Shown: piece after piece, positions 50,913-64,000 of the stretch
How the letters are laid out: each line of letters starts with the position of its first letter
Numbering within the stretch: position 1 is the stretch's first letter
Program-made: the position numbers and the translations under genes
Origin: Felis catus
Lineage: Eukaryota
NCBI RefSeq assembly: GCF_018350175.1
Contig: NC_058369.1
Coordinates: forward strand, 20,276,001 to 20,340,000
DNA length: 64,000 nucleotides
Direction: 5' to 3'
Notes under the pieces: model-generated
The model's input: the letters and a program-made list of their open reading frames with translations, nothing else
Databases searched by the model: none
What the model was told of the DNA's origin: nothing

Positions 50913-51817
50913 ATAAAGAAATAAACTTAAAATTTTTAATTAAAAAAAAAAGCAGAGTGAGTTTACTAACCGGGAGTAGAGGTTTAGGTTTAGCAAGAGG
51001 GAATGGTGGCCCTATGGTCTGAGTTGGTCCAACCACACATTACTGAGCACCCAACAATTAACAACACATTGGGTGATTGCTGTGGGGCCAGAGTAAGGCC
51101 TGGAAAGGGGTGAGAAGTAACCAAAGGGGAGATTAGATTCCTAGAGTATCTAAACCAAATATTCCCTCCCCTGTACCCCCACTCGTAGTTTGTTCTCACA
51201 GGGATTAAGGCTGTAAAATAATTATGTTTGTGTGCCTGTATCCCCCAAGAGTCTCAGGGGCTGTGGTTTTTCACTTTTATATAACAAATCCCCAGGGTTT
51301 TTTGATGAACTTGAATCCCCTGATGGCAACATGACGACTGTGGACACCCCTAATATTCTGTTCAATATTCTGTTCAATACATGTTAACGGAACCCAATTT
51401 TGTAGTAGACTTGGGGCTACTGAGATGGACCAACCTGGTCCCATCTGGAGGAGTCAAATATAATTTACAATAAGAATGAAATAGGTGCCCAAGATAATTA
51501 CAGCAGTACAGCTGAGTCTTGGGAATCCCAGCCAATCTCTTGGAGAGGTGAATGTGAGCTTGTGATCATCTCTAGAAGATAGTGGGAGTGACTTAACAGT
51601 GAAAATGTTAGCCTAATTTTTTCTGAACTAAATAAACGTGCACATACATTTAACACTTCCAAAGAAAGTTTATAGCCATTTTCTCATTTCTTTTTCACCA
51701 TTGCAAGCATATTATTTGCATTTTACAGATGAAGAACTCATCTCAGGGAGGTTAAGTGATTTGCCCAAGGTCATACAACATGTGGGAGGAGATGGTTCCT
51801 CCCCAACCCCCATTCTT

Positions 51818-52045
51818 TTTTTTTTTTTTTTTAATTTTTTTTTCAACGTTTATTTATTTTTGGGACAGAGAGAGACAGAGCATGAATGGGGGAGGGGCAG
51901 AGAGAGAGGGAGACACAGAATCGGAAACAGGCTCCAGGCTCTGAGCCATCAGCCCAGAGCCTGACGCGGGGCTCGAACCCCCGGACCGCGAGATCGTGAC
52001 CTGGCTGAAGTCGGACGCTTAACCGACTGCGCCACCCAGGCGCCC
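51818..52045 (-). mobile_element. Young felid Can-SINE
   Basis: TSD ccccaacccccattctt at 51801-51817 and 52046-52062. Confidence 0.95.
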
Positions 52046-52306
52046 CCCCAACCCCCATTCTTGAGGAAGAACCCTTCACTGCTTGGAGGGAGTTATAACT
52101 CCTTCCAGATACTCTCAAATTCTCTCCAGACCATGGAGCCTGTAAATGATGACCATTTCAGAAAAAGAGCTATTGAACACCTACTGTGTGGAAAGCATCA
52201 TTTCTTCTCCCTTATAAATAATAAGCATGCTGTCAGAAAAAAACCAGTATAAGTCATTTACCCTTGAAGTAAATAAATTCTCCCACTTTCCCTAAACATC
52301 TTAAAA

Positions 52307-52307
<1 letters not shown>

Positions 52308-52337
<30 letters not shown>

Positions 52338-52354
52338 TGTATGTATGTATGTAT
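52308..52354. repeat. (ATGT)n
   Basis: Directly visible. Confidence 0.95.
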
Positions 52355-52454
52355 TTAATTTGAATTCTCAGATCTGAGTTCAAATTCTGGTTCCACTAGT
52401 TAGTGGCTGTGAGATCTCAAGCAACTCAACCTCTCTAAGCTTGTTTTTTGATTT

Positions 52455-54464
52455 TTTAAAATTGAGGTAAAATTGGGGCACCTGGGTGGCTCAGTTGGTT
52501 GAGCATCCAACTTCGCCTCAGGACATAATCTTGCGGTTTATGAGTTCAAGCCCTGCATCTGGCTCTCTGGTGTCAGCATGGAGCCCACTGTGGATCCTCT
52601 GTCCCCCTCTCTTTCTACCCCTCCCCTGCTCACACTCTCTGCAAAATAAATAAAATGTTAAAAGTGAGGTAAAATTCGCATAAGTTAACCACTTTCAATG
52701 AACAATTCACAATGTTATACAATCACCACTTCTATCTGCTTTTAAAATATTTTCATCACCTCAAAATAAAACCCATATCCATTAAGCAATTACTTTCCAT
52801 TCCATTGCCGGCTCCCCCACCCCCAGCCCTGATTTCTGTCTCTATGGATTTACCTATTCTGTATATTTCATATAAATGAAATCATACAACATGTGAGTTC
52901 TTGTGTTTAGTTCATTTACTTAGTGTATTTTCAATATGGTACTACATGTCATAGCATGTAGCAGGACATCTTCATTCCTTTTTGTGGCTAAATTACATTC
53001 AATTGTATATATATACTACTTTTGTTTATCCATTCATCTGCTGATAAACACTGGGGCATTTCCACCTTTTGGATACTGTGAATATTGTTGCAATGAACGT
53101 TGGCATACAAGTATCTGTTTGTGAGTCCCTGTTCTCAATTCTTCGGGGGTACATCCCCAGGGATGAAATTCCTGTGTTACAATAATTCTATGTTTAGCTT
53201 TTTGAGGAACTGCCAAACAGTTTTCCACAGTGATTATACATTTTACATTCCTATCATCAAGACACAAGTATTCTAGTGTCCATATCCTCTCTAACACTTA
53301 TTATTTTCTGGGGTTTTTTTGTTTTTGTTTTTGTTTTGCATTTTTGTAATAGACATCCTAATGGGTATGAAGTAGTATCTCATTGTAGTTTTTATTTGCA
53401 TTTCCCTAATAATTAGTGATTTTAAGTATATTTTCACATCCTTACTAGCTATTTGTGTATCTTTTATAGAAAAATGTCTATTCAAGTCATTTGCTCATTT
53501 TCAGTCTGGTTACTTGTATTCTGTTGTTGAATTCTAGGAGTTCTTTACATATTCTGGATATCAATCCCTTATCAGATACATGATTTGAAATATTTCTTTC
53601 ATTCCATGGCTTATCTTTTTCATTCTTTCTTGGTGTACTTTGATGTACACCAGTGTTTCATTTTCATAAAGCTTAACTTATATGTTTTTCTTTTTTTTTA
53701 ATTTTTAAATGTTTTTATTTTGAGAGGGAGAGAGCACCAGTGGAGGAGGGGCAGAGAGAGAGGGGGAGACACAGAATCTGAACCAGGCTCCAGGCTCTGA
53801 GCTGTCAGCACAGAGCCTGACAGGGTGTGGGGGCAGGGCTCCAACTCACAGACTGTGAGATCATGACCTGAGCCGAAGTTGGATGCTTAACTGACTGAGC
53901 CACCCAGGTGCCTCTATATATTTCTTTTGTTGCCTGTGCTTTTGTTGTCTTATCCAAGAAATCATTGCCAAATTCAATGTCATAAAGCTATTGCCCTATG
54001 TTTTTTTTTTCTTTTAAAAATATTTTTATTTATTTTTGAGAGAAACAGCACTAGAGGGGGCAGAACAGAGAGAGGGGGATAGAGTATTTGAAGTGGACTC
54101 TGCGCTGACAGCAGCAAGCTCAATGTGGGGCTCAAACTCATGAACCATGAGATCATGAGCTGAGTGGAAGTTGGATGCTCAATCAACTGAGCTGCCCAGG
54201 TGCTCCTGTTTTGTTTTGTTTTGTTTTTTTGTTTTAAATTGTTATTTATTTTTGAGAGAGAGAGAAAAGAAGCAAGGGAGGGACACAAAGAGAGGGAGAC
54301 ACAGAATCTGGAGCAGGCTCCAAGCTGTCAGCACAGAGCCTGACGTGGGGATCGAACTCACTAACTGTGAGATCATGACCCCAGCTGAAGCTGGATGCTC
54401 AGCCAACTGAGCCACCCAGGCACCCCTGTTTTTTTTTTTTAAAGAGAGAACACAAGTGGAGGAA

Positions 54465-54521
<57 letters not shown>

Positions 54522-55980
54522 TAAGCAGCCTCCCTGCTCAGCACTGAGCCTGATGGGGGCTTGATCTCACAGCCCTGGGATTATAACCTGAGCCAATATC
54601 AAGAGTTGGGCATTCAACTAACTGAGCCACCCAGGCGGCCTTGCCCTATGTTTTCTTTTAAGAGTTTTATAGCGATAGGTTTTACATTTAGGTATTTGAT
54701 CCATTTTGAGTTAATTTTTGTATATGGTGTAAGGTAAGGGTCCAATTTCCTTCTTTTGCATGTAGATATCCAGTTTTCCCAGCACCATTTATTGAAAAGA
54801 CCATCCTTTCTTCCACTTAATAGTCTTGGCATCCTTCTAGAAAATCATGTGATCATATACACAAGGCTTTATTTCTGGGTTCATATTTGATCTATATGCC
54901 TGTCTATGCCAGTACCACACTGTTTTGATTACTGTAGCTTTATAGTAAGTTTTCAGATCAGGATCATTTCCAGCTTTGTTCTTCTTTTTCAAGATTATTT
55001 TTGGCCATTTGGAGTCCCTTGCAACTCCATATGATTTAGGATGGATTGTTCCATTTCTGCAAAAGACAGAAACAAAAACACCTTGCAATTTGATGAGGAT
55101 TGCATCAAATGTGTAGATTGTTTAGGATAGCATTGAATCCAACAATATTGTCTTCCAGTCCATAAAAACAGAATGTCTCTCCATTTCTTTGTATTTAATT
55201 TCTTTTACCAATGTTTTATGGTTTTCAGAGTACAAGGCTTTTGTCTCCGGTTAAGTTTACTCCTAAGTATTTTATTCTTTTTGATGCTAATGTAAATAGG
55301 GTGGTTTTCTTAATTTCCTTTTCAGATTGTTCAGTGTTTATAGAAATGCAACTGATTTTTGTATATTGGTTTTGTGTCCTGTACCTTTGCTGAATGTTTA
55401 TTAGTCCTTTTTTGGGTGGTGTAGAATGTTTAGAGTTTTCTGCATATAAGAGCATGTCATCTGTGAACAGACAATTTTACTTCCTTTTTTCCAATTTGGA
55501 TGCCTTTTATTTCCTTTTCTTGCCTAATTGCTCCTGTTAGGACCACCAGTACTATTTTGGATAGAAATGATGAGAGTGGGCATACTTGTCTTATTCCTGA
55601 TCTTAGAAGAGAAAGATTCAGTTTTTCACCATTAACTATGATGTTAGCCATGGGCTTTTCAATAAGACCTTTATTATGTTGAGGTAAGTTTCTTCTATTC
55701 CTAGTTTGTTGAGGTGGGTTTTTTTTTTTTCATCACAAAAGGGCCAATTTGGATGCTTTTCATTTTTTTCTTGCCTAATTGCTCTGACTAGAACTTCCAG
55801 TACAATATTAAATGGCAGTGGTAAAAATAGACATCCTGGTCTGGAGGAGAAAGCTTTCAAAGCTTTCAGTACTTCACCATCGAGTACAATATTAGCTGTG
55901 GATTTTTTATAAGTGCCCTTTATCATATTAAGGAAGTTCCCTTCCTTCCTAGTTTTCTGAGTGTTTTTATCATGAAAGCA
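52455..55980 (-). mobile_element. Old L1 3' half with nested SINEs
   Basis: Minus ORFs [48 protein letters not shown] and [20 protein letters not shown]. Confidence 0.9.
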
Positions 55981-57148
55981 AGCCCTACCTCTGGGAGCAT
56001 CCATGTGTAGTAAGGGCAGGTAAATCTTCATGGCTCTGGAGTCCAGGGCCCCTCACATTACCCACCCAACCTTAACAGAGGGAGGTTAAATAGAACCTCA
56101 GCCACTAAATCTAGAATAGAAATCTAGAATCCCAATTCATCAAGCCAAACCCTGAAGTCCAGCTAGGATGACTTCTTTTTTTTTAAGTTTTTTTAATGTT
56201 TATTTATTTATTTTGAAAGAGAAGGGAACGTGACTGGGAGAGGGGCAGTGAGAGAGGAAGCAAGAGAATCCCAAGCAGGCTCTGCACTGCCAGTGCACAA
56301 CCTAACATGGGGCTCGATCCCATGAAAGAATGCCTAGAATCAACATGAAAACATATGAAAGTATAAAACTCATTGATAAAGTTAAATATACAGTCAAATT
56401 CAGGGCACTCTAATATTGTAATGGTGGTGCATAAATCGCTTTTTAATTTATTTTTTAAACATACATCCAAGTTAGGTTGTTTTTTTTGTTTTTTTTTGTT
56501 TTTGTTTTTTTAAGAGGGAGTGCATGAGCAGGAGAGAGAGAATCTTAAGCAAGCTCCACACTCAGCATGGAGCCTGGTGCCGGGCTCAATCTCACAACCC
56601 TGGGATCATGACCTGATTGGAAATCAAGAGTGGGATGCTCAACCTCCTGAGCCACACAGGTGCCCTTAAGTTTATTTATTTTATTTATTTAAAAATTTGT
56701 TAATATTTATTTATTTTTGAGAGGGACAGAGTGTGAGCTAGGGAGGGGCAGAGAGAGAGGGAGACACAGAATCTGAAGCAGGCTCCAGGCTCTGAGCTAT
56801 CAGCACAGAGCCTGATGTAGGGCTGGAACCCATGAACCATGAGATCATGACCTGAGCTGAAGTCCAACACTTAACTGACTGAGCCACCCAGGTGCCTTTA
56901 AGTTTTTATTTTAATCACCTGGTCCTCATCACAAGTACACTCCTTAATTCACATCACTTATTTCACCCATTCCCCCCATCCTCTGGTACCCATCAGTTTG
57001 TTCTCTAGAATTAAGAGGTAGGATGACTTAGTGCACCTGGGTGGCTCATTTAGCTAGGCATCCAACTTCGGCTCAGGTCATGATCTCATGGTTTGTGAGT
57101 TTGAGCCCCACACTGGGCTCCACATTGACAGTGCAGAGGCTGTTTGGG

Positions 57149-57150
<2 letters not shown>

Positions 57151-57213
<63 letters not shown>
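57151..57213. repeat. (TC)n expansion in a SINE (similar (GA)n arrays at about 26231-26276 and 54468-54517)
   Basis: Directly visible. Confidence 0.95.
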
Positions 57214-57218
<5 letters not shown>

Positions 57219-60200
57219 TCTCTCTGCCCCTCCCCCACCCATGCTTTCTCTCGCTCTCAAAATAAATAAGCAAACTTAAAAAAAAAAAGTAGGATAACTT
57301 ATTTCTTGTCCTCTTAGATCCCTGATGTGCTCCATGCTGTTCTGCTATCCAAAACATTATCCTTAAAGGCCCTTCTTCTTTCAGCTGAAGCTGAAAGCTA
57401 TTGAGCTTTTCTGTACCTCTTTTAGGGCTTGGGGATCTTGGTAAGATTGACAAGGTTTCTTGTTCCATGGACCTCACAATCTAATTAGGGTAGAGGGATG
57501 ATAAACCTATGAAGAAAAATGTCAGGTAATATTAAATTTTCTGCAGATAGAGAAAATAGGGTGGTTTAATGGTCAATAGGCAGTTACTTAGATTGAGTAG
57601 GTAGTCATGGAGGGCTTCTCTGAGGAAGCTGATGAATTTGATGGAACTGAATGGAATTATTCTCTGTAGGACTTTTTAAAAAGCAACTGTTCCCATGACA
57701 ACTATCTATGGACTTAACAAATGTGCATGGTCATTTATAAGTATAGTAATGTGTGCTACTTTCCTAGGACAGTTGATCAACAGCATCTTTCACACCATTT
57801 CCAGCCAGTGCCAGCCCTAAAAAGTGATCCCTCAACACCACAGAATTTGGGAGCAAGCTACAAGCCACTTCTCTACTCTCTAGGACAGTCATCTGAGGTT
57901 CTCACCACACCCCATGCTGCCCCTGAGCTTTGGCCCTTCTGCCTAGAATTCTCCTTTCCTGAGCCTTTATATGCTTCTCTGTAGCATTCTTGGAGTGCTT
58001 ACCTCATCAGGGTCTTATTAAATGCCTCCCTGCTCCTGATGGCCTCTCCCATAGTCTCTGTTTTATGTTCTTTTCAGCACTCATTAGAATTTGAAATCAT
58101 TTTGTACTATTTGTCTCTCCTGTTTAGAAGGTAAGATGCTTCAGGGCAGAGATGTGTTTTCTTTTGCTCAGCACTGTGTTCCCTGGGAGCCTATGTGAGC
58201 ACCTGAAATACAGTTTGGGGACAATAAATGTTTGCTGAATGAACATCCACATGGAACAGGATTGTATTAGCTAACACTCTACAGATGAGAATCTTCCAAG
58301 CTCAACTGTAAGCATAGTTCTTCATTCACTTCAGTGCGTGGTTATGAGAGTGGGCTCTGGATCTAGATGTCCTGTACTCAAACCCCTACCCTCTTCTTAC
58401 TTGTCAAGTAAGATCCCCAAGCACTTTTTCCAACTTTGAAGAGGGATGCTAATTGTATATACCTCAATGTCAGTGGAAAGATTAAATGAGTTAATACCTA
58501 TAAAATGCTTATAGTTATGCTTGGCATGTCTTGTTACTATTCCCTAGTATCCAGTGCAGTGTCTGGTACCCAGTAAGTAATTGCCAAACATAAATGGAAT
58601 TTTATGGTACAGCAATTATTCCAGGCTTTCATTAGACATTGCGGTGGATTTCTTTAAAAAGCTTCCCAGAGGGGCACCTGGCTGGCTCAGTTGATAGAAC
58701 ATGCGACTCTTGATATCGGGGTCTTGAGTTCACACCCCACATTAGGCGTGGAGCCTACTTTAAAAAAATTGTAAAAAGCCTCCTAGAGATTATAATCTAG
58801 TATGAGGGAAGTGGTGTGTAAACAAAAAGTTTAAAAAATATCCCAAGAATAGGATGGCTGTTGAAGAGACAAAATTATCTGCCACTTTGGAACCTGGCTC
58901 ATAGTGATGATGGCATCTAGGATCTTTGGCATCCAGAAGTGGGGATGGGCTCAAGTTTGGCTGATGGAGGAAGCATTAAGCTGGCTTCTATGGAATGAGG
59001 AGGTGGTGAAACAGGGTAAAGGTAGAGGGTGTTTTTTCCAGGTGTGAGTTCATAGTGATGGAGAAGGCCTAGTTCTAGTTTCTGATTGACTAGCAAGTTG
59101 CTGATGTGTTTTGTCTCAGGAAGATCTCAGATTTTTAAACCTCGTTTGAAGGTAGGGCCATCAATAGGTAGGTATACATGTAACTCACTCTAGAAATTCC
59201 CCCCAGTAGAACCCATTTTCCTACAGGTGGATTGGGGATAACATGATCTCCAAAGGTAGTTGTGAGAGCATAACATCATCCAAGTAGTCAGGGAAGCTTT
59301 GGAAGTCAAGGAAACCATGATGTCACAGAAGGGCAATAGCATCTTGGGAGGAGGGAATGGAAGGGGCTTCTATTACCAGGGGAGCCAGCCCTGGCCCTTG
59401 TTGCTCCAACCTCAGTGACAAAGGAGGAACGTAAGTGTGGGTATCTTTGATGGTTGTGTATTTAGTCTTTTAGGGGGGGAGATAAACAATAAGATTCCTT
59501 TTTCAAGCCTCTGCCCAGCCTCACTGGTCTCTTTCTTCTCCCTTTGGTCATCTTTAAGATTCTTGTCTAAACTTGCTTCAGCCCTTGACACCAAATCCAT
59601 TTATGTGCCACATACCAAGAGTCCAAGCTAGGAGACCAACTGGGGAAAATGCAAAGCGTGGAGCAGAAAGGCATCAGAATGCTAATCTGACCTCAGGATG
59701 CTGAGAGAAGTGAACCAGCTTTTGAGGGATCCTTTGTCCTTTAAGAGCCTAGGATGAATTCCTCTTACTTGAGGGAACTCAGAGCCTTCAAAGGATTTGA
59801 GTGTGCTTTCTAACCCAGGAGCCTGATGTTTTCCAAATGGCTATCACAATGCCTTTAGACAGGCAGAGCCCTTTCCTTACTCCCAGGAGATAATCTAGAA
59901 GGAAATATATGTGTGTATATGTGTGACACAGTGACAAAATTTCATTCAGGTACAAGTGACTGATATCAGAGCCCTTTGGAAAGTCTCTTCAGACAAGGGA
60001 GAAGGGTATCAAGGTAAACTTTCCTGAGTGTCAGTAGCCACAGGACTGAGAATGGGAAATTTGAGAACGTGTGAAAGCTGTAATACTTTTTGGAGCACCT
60101 CTGAAGATATAAATTCCCACCCATAGTTTGGAACACACACTTGTATTTTTATAACCTAATTTGTTCCAAAAATAACTATGTCTGATATCCAGAAGTGTGA

Positions 60201-60341
60201 AGGCTCAGAAGAAAAGGGAAGTAGGGAAGAGAAAGGATTTTTTATCCTCTTGATTTTGTGAGGAAAACAAAACAAGTCTTCCAAAAAAAAAAAATCTGCT
60301 TTTATAATCTTCTCAGCATCTTGCCAGTGTTCACTTACTGG

Positions 60342-60421
60342 GAGGAGGAGGTGGAGGAGGAGGAGAAGGAGGAGGAGGAGGAGGAGGAGGAGGAGGAGGA
60401 GGAGGAGGAGGAGGAGGAGGA
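60342..60421. repeat. (GGA)n trinucleotide repeat, about 26 units with two interruptions
   Basis: Directly visible; not part of a SINE tail. Confidence 0.95.
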
Positions 60422-61049
60422 TAACGACCTGGGGCTGTAGTGGAGAGAGCTGACACAATACACTCTTCTCATTAACTGGCGCCCACAGGGCAGCAATTCC
60501 CAATTTAAGGAAGGAGAATCTGCATCCTTACCCTTCCAACCGCTCCATACCCATCCGCCCCCCCCCCCTCCCCCGTGTCAGTGATTTAAAAAGCCCTTTC
60601 TTGTCCCTGCTGCTCTTTCAGGAAATTCTGAAGATAGCCTCAGACAACAGGAAACGGGACAGGAGGTGGGGGTGGAGGGCGGAAAACCGAGAGTTACATG
60701 GCACACATCAATTTCATGGGTCCTTGAGGGCTGTGCACAACCTCTGTATGAGACGGTAGTAATAGCAGCGATCATCATTGGCAGCATTGCCAATGACCGT
60801 GCCTCAATGTTGAACCCCATATCTCCGTGCCAGCCACTTGCATCATCGCATTCAATCCTCACAAGCCTCCCCCAAGTGAGGAATAAGGAGGAACCGAGGC
60901 TCAATTGAAGCACTGGTGGCTGGTGGGGTGCAAACCCATCCTGTCCCACCCACCCCGGAACCGTTCCCAGGTGGATTCAGGCCTGGGATTTTCGTGCCAC
61001 ATTCACTCCTGAAACGGTCATCTGTAGCACAGATGGTTCTATCTAGGGA

Positions 61050-61600
61050 CGAATTACGGTCCACCCGGCACTGGGGAAGAACGGCCTCCGGGCAGCTCTC
61101 AGCGGAACTTTCCTGTCGGCGGCGCGTGTTCCCGTCCGGGCGGCCGGGCGCGCGGTCCAGGAGGGGGACACTTTGTGGCGCGGACCGCGAGAGGAGCCTG
61201 CGAGCGCCGCCGCCGGAGAAGACCGACTCTCGGCCCGAGCCAGCCCGCGGCGCCCGGGCCTGGCCGGCCGCTTCCCGCCTCAGCCGCCACCTCCGCCCCC
61301 GCCGCCGCAGACGCAGCCGAGCAGGAGAAGCGGGAAGCGCAGCCAGTTGGCCCTGCCCGGCCCGGCGCGGCCCGGAGCCGCGGCGCAGGAGGTGAGTGCC
61401 GGTGCTGGCCCCCGGCTCCGGGCTTGGGCCGCCGGGACGGCAACAATGGGGGCCGAGTGGGGACGCGGCCCGGGCCCGTGGCGCTCAGCGGCCTGGGGCA
61501 GCAAGCCCGTCCCAGCGGCCCGGGCCTTGGGGCGCTGGATCCCCACTGGGGAACTCCAGTGGCCGGAGCCTTGGCTGGGGTTTTGGCCTCGACCCGGGGC
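61050..61600. promoter_or_regulatory. Second CpG-island promoter, driving a plus-strand gene (probably RAD54L2)
   Basis: Very high GC and CpG density with a consensus plus-strand donor at 61391/61392. Gene identity rests only on the recalled mammalian DCAF1(-)/RAD54L2(+) divergent arrangement. Confidence 0.85.
61180..61391 (+). other. RAD54L2: Probable non-coding exon 1 of RAD54L2 (start approximate)
   Basis: Within the CpG island, ends GGAG|gtgagt. No coding sequence in the window, so the symbol is a synteny inference. Confidence 0.6.
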
Positions 61601-63732
61601 CTCTGTGGCTTGGTATTTAGTATCTTGGTAGCCAGGAAAGGGAGTCACAGGGGCTCGGAGACTTAACTCCAGTGGTGTGCGCTCTTGACGCTTAATGCGG
61701 ACACCCTGGAAGCTAACCATAGTGGGGTGGATGGGGGGGGGGGCTTGCGTTTGGAATTCTAGGGCCCTCCGTGTGCCTGGTCCCTAAGGCACATCGGGAT
61801 GTGTCTCCCCCCGCGCCCCCTCTGTCCCACGTCTGTGAACTTGGCCGACTGGGGTCTGGCTGGGGAGTAGAGGCACTGGGAGTTTAGCTTCTCTGGGGTA
61901 ACCAGTGATTGGTTCTTGGAACGGCTGGAAGCTCAGCTGGGCACAGAGGAGTTGAGCAAAGAGCTGGATTCTCCGGCCCAGACGTATCCTGGCGTTGAGG
62001 GGTTCTCAGGCAGGGCACTGAATGTCACCAGAGTGTCACGGTGAGTAGCGTTGCCTCCCTTGGTGTTAGGGTGAGCTGGAGTTGTGATTTGGAGAGTGTA
62101 GAGAAGTGTTGGTAGGCTGCCGAGTTTGGTAGGTTGCTTTATGTGGGCCACGGTGATGGCAGCCTGGGAGATGAACAGGAGAACTTTGCAGAGTGGGCTT
62201 TCTGATAGAGAATGACCTCTTACTGCGGGGGAGTGGGTGACTCAGATCTGTTAGAATTCCCGTGCTTGCTAGTGGATGTGGCTGACTATGTTAGTGACTG
62301 GACACCAAGGTGGATGGGGCTGGAAAGGGCTTTTGGGGGCTGAATGAGTTTGTTCCAGAGTAGAAGACTACTATGGAATCATTCCTTTTCACTCCAAGTC
62401 AGAATGGTAGCTGTCCTTGACAGTATTTTAAGTAAACAATTTCTTTGTGGTATTTGGATCCAAAGCTTTCTTCTGTACTTTTCTTTTTTTTTTTTTTTTT
62501 CTCCTGTTTTTGAATTGTGACTCATACTTTCATTTCAGGACTGTGGCTATTGTTTGTAATGCTAGACAAACTTAGACACCATAATATATGTAAATTCTAG
62601 GGGTTTTCAGTCCAATTCTTAGAAATCTAAATTAATTTCAGAGCCTGTTTTCACTAATTTGTGTGTCATTGTTTAATGTGTGCAACTCTACAGAGGGATG
62701 TGAAATCCCTAACAGTTTATGTTGTTAAATGTTCTTTGTATCCCTAATCCATGAAACTTCATTTTCTCCTGCTGCCATGAAGTCATTATGTTGAATCTGT
62801 TAAATCTTAGTGACTGCCATTTGAGCTTTTACAGAACATTATCTTCTTCACTAGAAGTGTTCTCCGTCTTCAGTGAATTTGGTCTGCACACTGTGTCTCA
62901 TCTGTATTATTGAAGGCAGTGTGCAAACTCCAGCTCTGAGGCCTGCAGCTGTGCACCAGAGCTCTGTGTGTAGCATTCAGGCAAAGTTGGTGTGTTGTCT
63001 GTAGATGAGGTATCAAACTCTATACAACAAATGGCAATATCAGACCATTGCACCTTCTGAGTTTATTTAGAGTGTTAAGAGGTACTGCCCAGTTGGAGTC
63101 TATAAATTTTCAGTGAAATGTGAGGTAATTCTGACTATCTGTAGGTTGTACTAATAGTTCTGGTTTTCCCCCCTTAATCTTTAAAAAATCCTGTATGTCC
63201 CTTGATTTCTGTCTCTTTTAAATTTTTATATTTTAAATAGTTAACTCTTTCATAAAGGGGCTGTTGAATTATGACAGGTACTGTGTTGGGCATCTTTACA
63301 ATGGTGATATTTTTGGCATTTTAATAGTAGTTCTTAGTTCGGAAGTGGCTATAGGTCTGTGAGAGAAGAAGTGGTTCAGGTATATTATGCTTTTAATTGG
63401 TAAAGCTGCTGAATGAAGTTTTTTATACAGTATTAATTCTGACTAGTGAAAATTGATTGTCTTCATGTATTTTCGTGAAAAAGGTGAGCTATAATGTGTT
63501 CACATTAGTATGGGATTGTTTTTGCATTAATTTAAATACCCCTGTTAACTTTAAGTATTTCTGTAGACAAACCACAGGTAACATTTTGTTTCTGTGTGTG
63601 TTTGTGAATAGTGATTTATAAATACTGTATATGTGCTTGGGTTCCCCAGGAAGCCGTCACACTTTCCTTTCCACTGTGGTTTGGGAGCATGAAGGCGTTG
63701 CTTACCCCCTTTGTCTGGTTCACTGTATGTAG

Positions 63733-63794
63733 GCTGGGAGTGTCTGCTGATCACTTGGAGTGCTGTCCCCTAGAACAGGAGGAATAAGATTGAG
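63733..63794 (+). other. RAD54L2: Candidate non-coding exon 2 of the plus-strand gene (RAD54L2)
   Basis: 62 nt bounded by cttaccccctttgtctggttcactgtatgtag| and TTGAG|gtaagg in repeat-free sequence; contains no ATG. Confidence 0.55.
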
Positions 63795-64000
63795 GTAAGG
63801 CTCAGTCTATTTGAAATTGCTTGCCTCTTGGTTTTCACTGCATACAATATAATGTAAATTATATTTGAAAAAAAATTTTTGCCTTAATCGTTAATCTCCA
63901 TTCTGATCTAGTAGAATGAAATTCTGTCCTTTGCTCTCTTCTCTCTCTGTGTTTATATTTTGGCCAAAAGTCCAAGGCACTCACATGATAAATTCTTTAA

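Larger units (their letters stand above)
37117..58775. mobile_element. Older Can-SINEs in the intergenic interval (collective entry; e.g. about 37117-37328, 40045-40857, 44117-44340, 49410-49797, 50711-50951, 53690-54640, 56175-57288)
   Basis: Same diagnostic head, body and tail, on both strands. Confidence 0.9.

Noticed and set aside
1..58000. Many 60-110 aa ORFs of the MAQSVK..AQVMIS..SLSLS or ..RERGRHRI.. type
   Set aside because: They are translations of Can-SINEs and their (CT)n tracts, not genes.
60156..60503. Poly-Leu and poly-Glu ORFs
   Set aside because: Products of the (GGA)n microsatellite.
60916..61720. Overlapping 115-163 aa ORFs
   Set aside because: Same CpG-island artefact; no RAD54L2-like coding sequence is present.
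1..64000. CRISPR arrays, rRNA or genuine tRNA genes
   Set aside because: None seen. The tRNA-like A/B boxes belong to SINE heads, and the DNA is mammalian.

Overview
Carnivore genomic DNA, almost certainly a felid (cat-like), judged from dense tRNA-derived Can-SINEs of felid type and felid L1 3' ends. Left half: the 5' part of DCAF1/VPRBP on the minus strand, with a CpG-island promoter at about 31.8-32.9 kb and five coding exons (21388-21497, 16430-16506, 14233-14306, 11701-11814, 998-1135) that splice in frame to residues 1-171. Right end: a second CpG island with two probable non-coding 5' exons on the plus strand, most likely RAD54L2 by conserved mammalian synteny (no coding sequence visible). 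The main new observation lies in the apparently intergenic interval (about 33.5-50.3 kb): a chain of minus-strand AG/GT-bounded segments whose intron phases match across consecutive junctions and which translate to protein-like text with scattered, mostly TGA, stops. One segment is split by a SINE and one by an L1. This looks like a decayed multi-exon (unitary) pseudogene, with a weak by-eye resemblance to CABIT-domain (THEMIS/GAREM) proteins. Smaller finds: a 30-nt U6 snRNA retrocopy with TSD, an inverted templated copy of an L1-SINE junction inside another SINE, a possible 5'-inverted L1, and six near-identical young SINEs with intact TSDs. All repeat family names are by-eye assignments.
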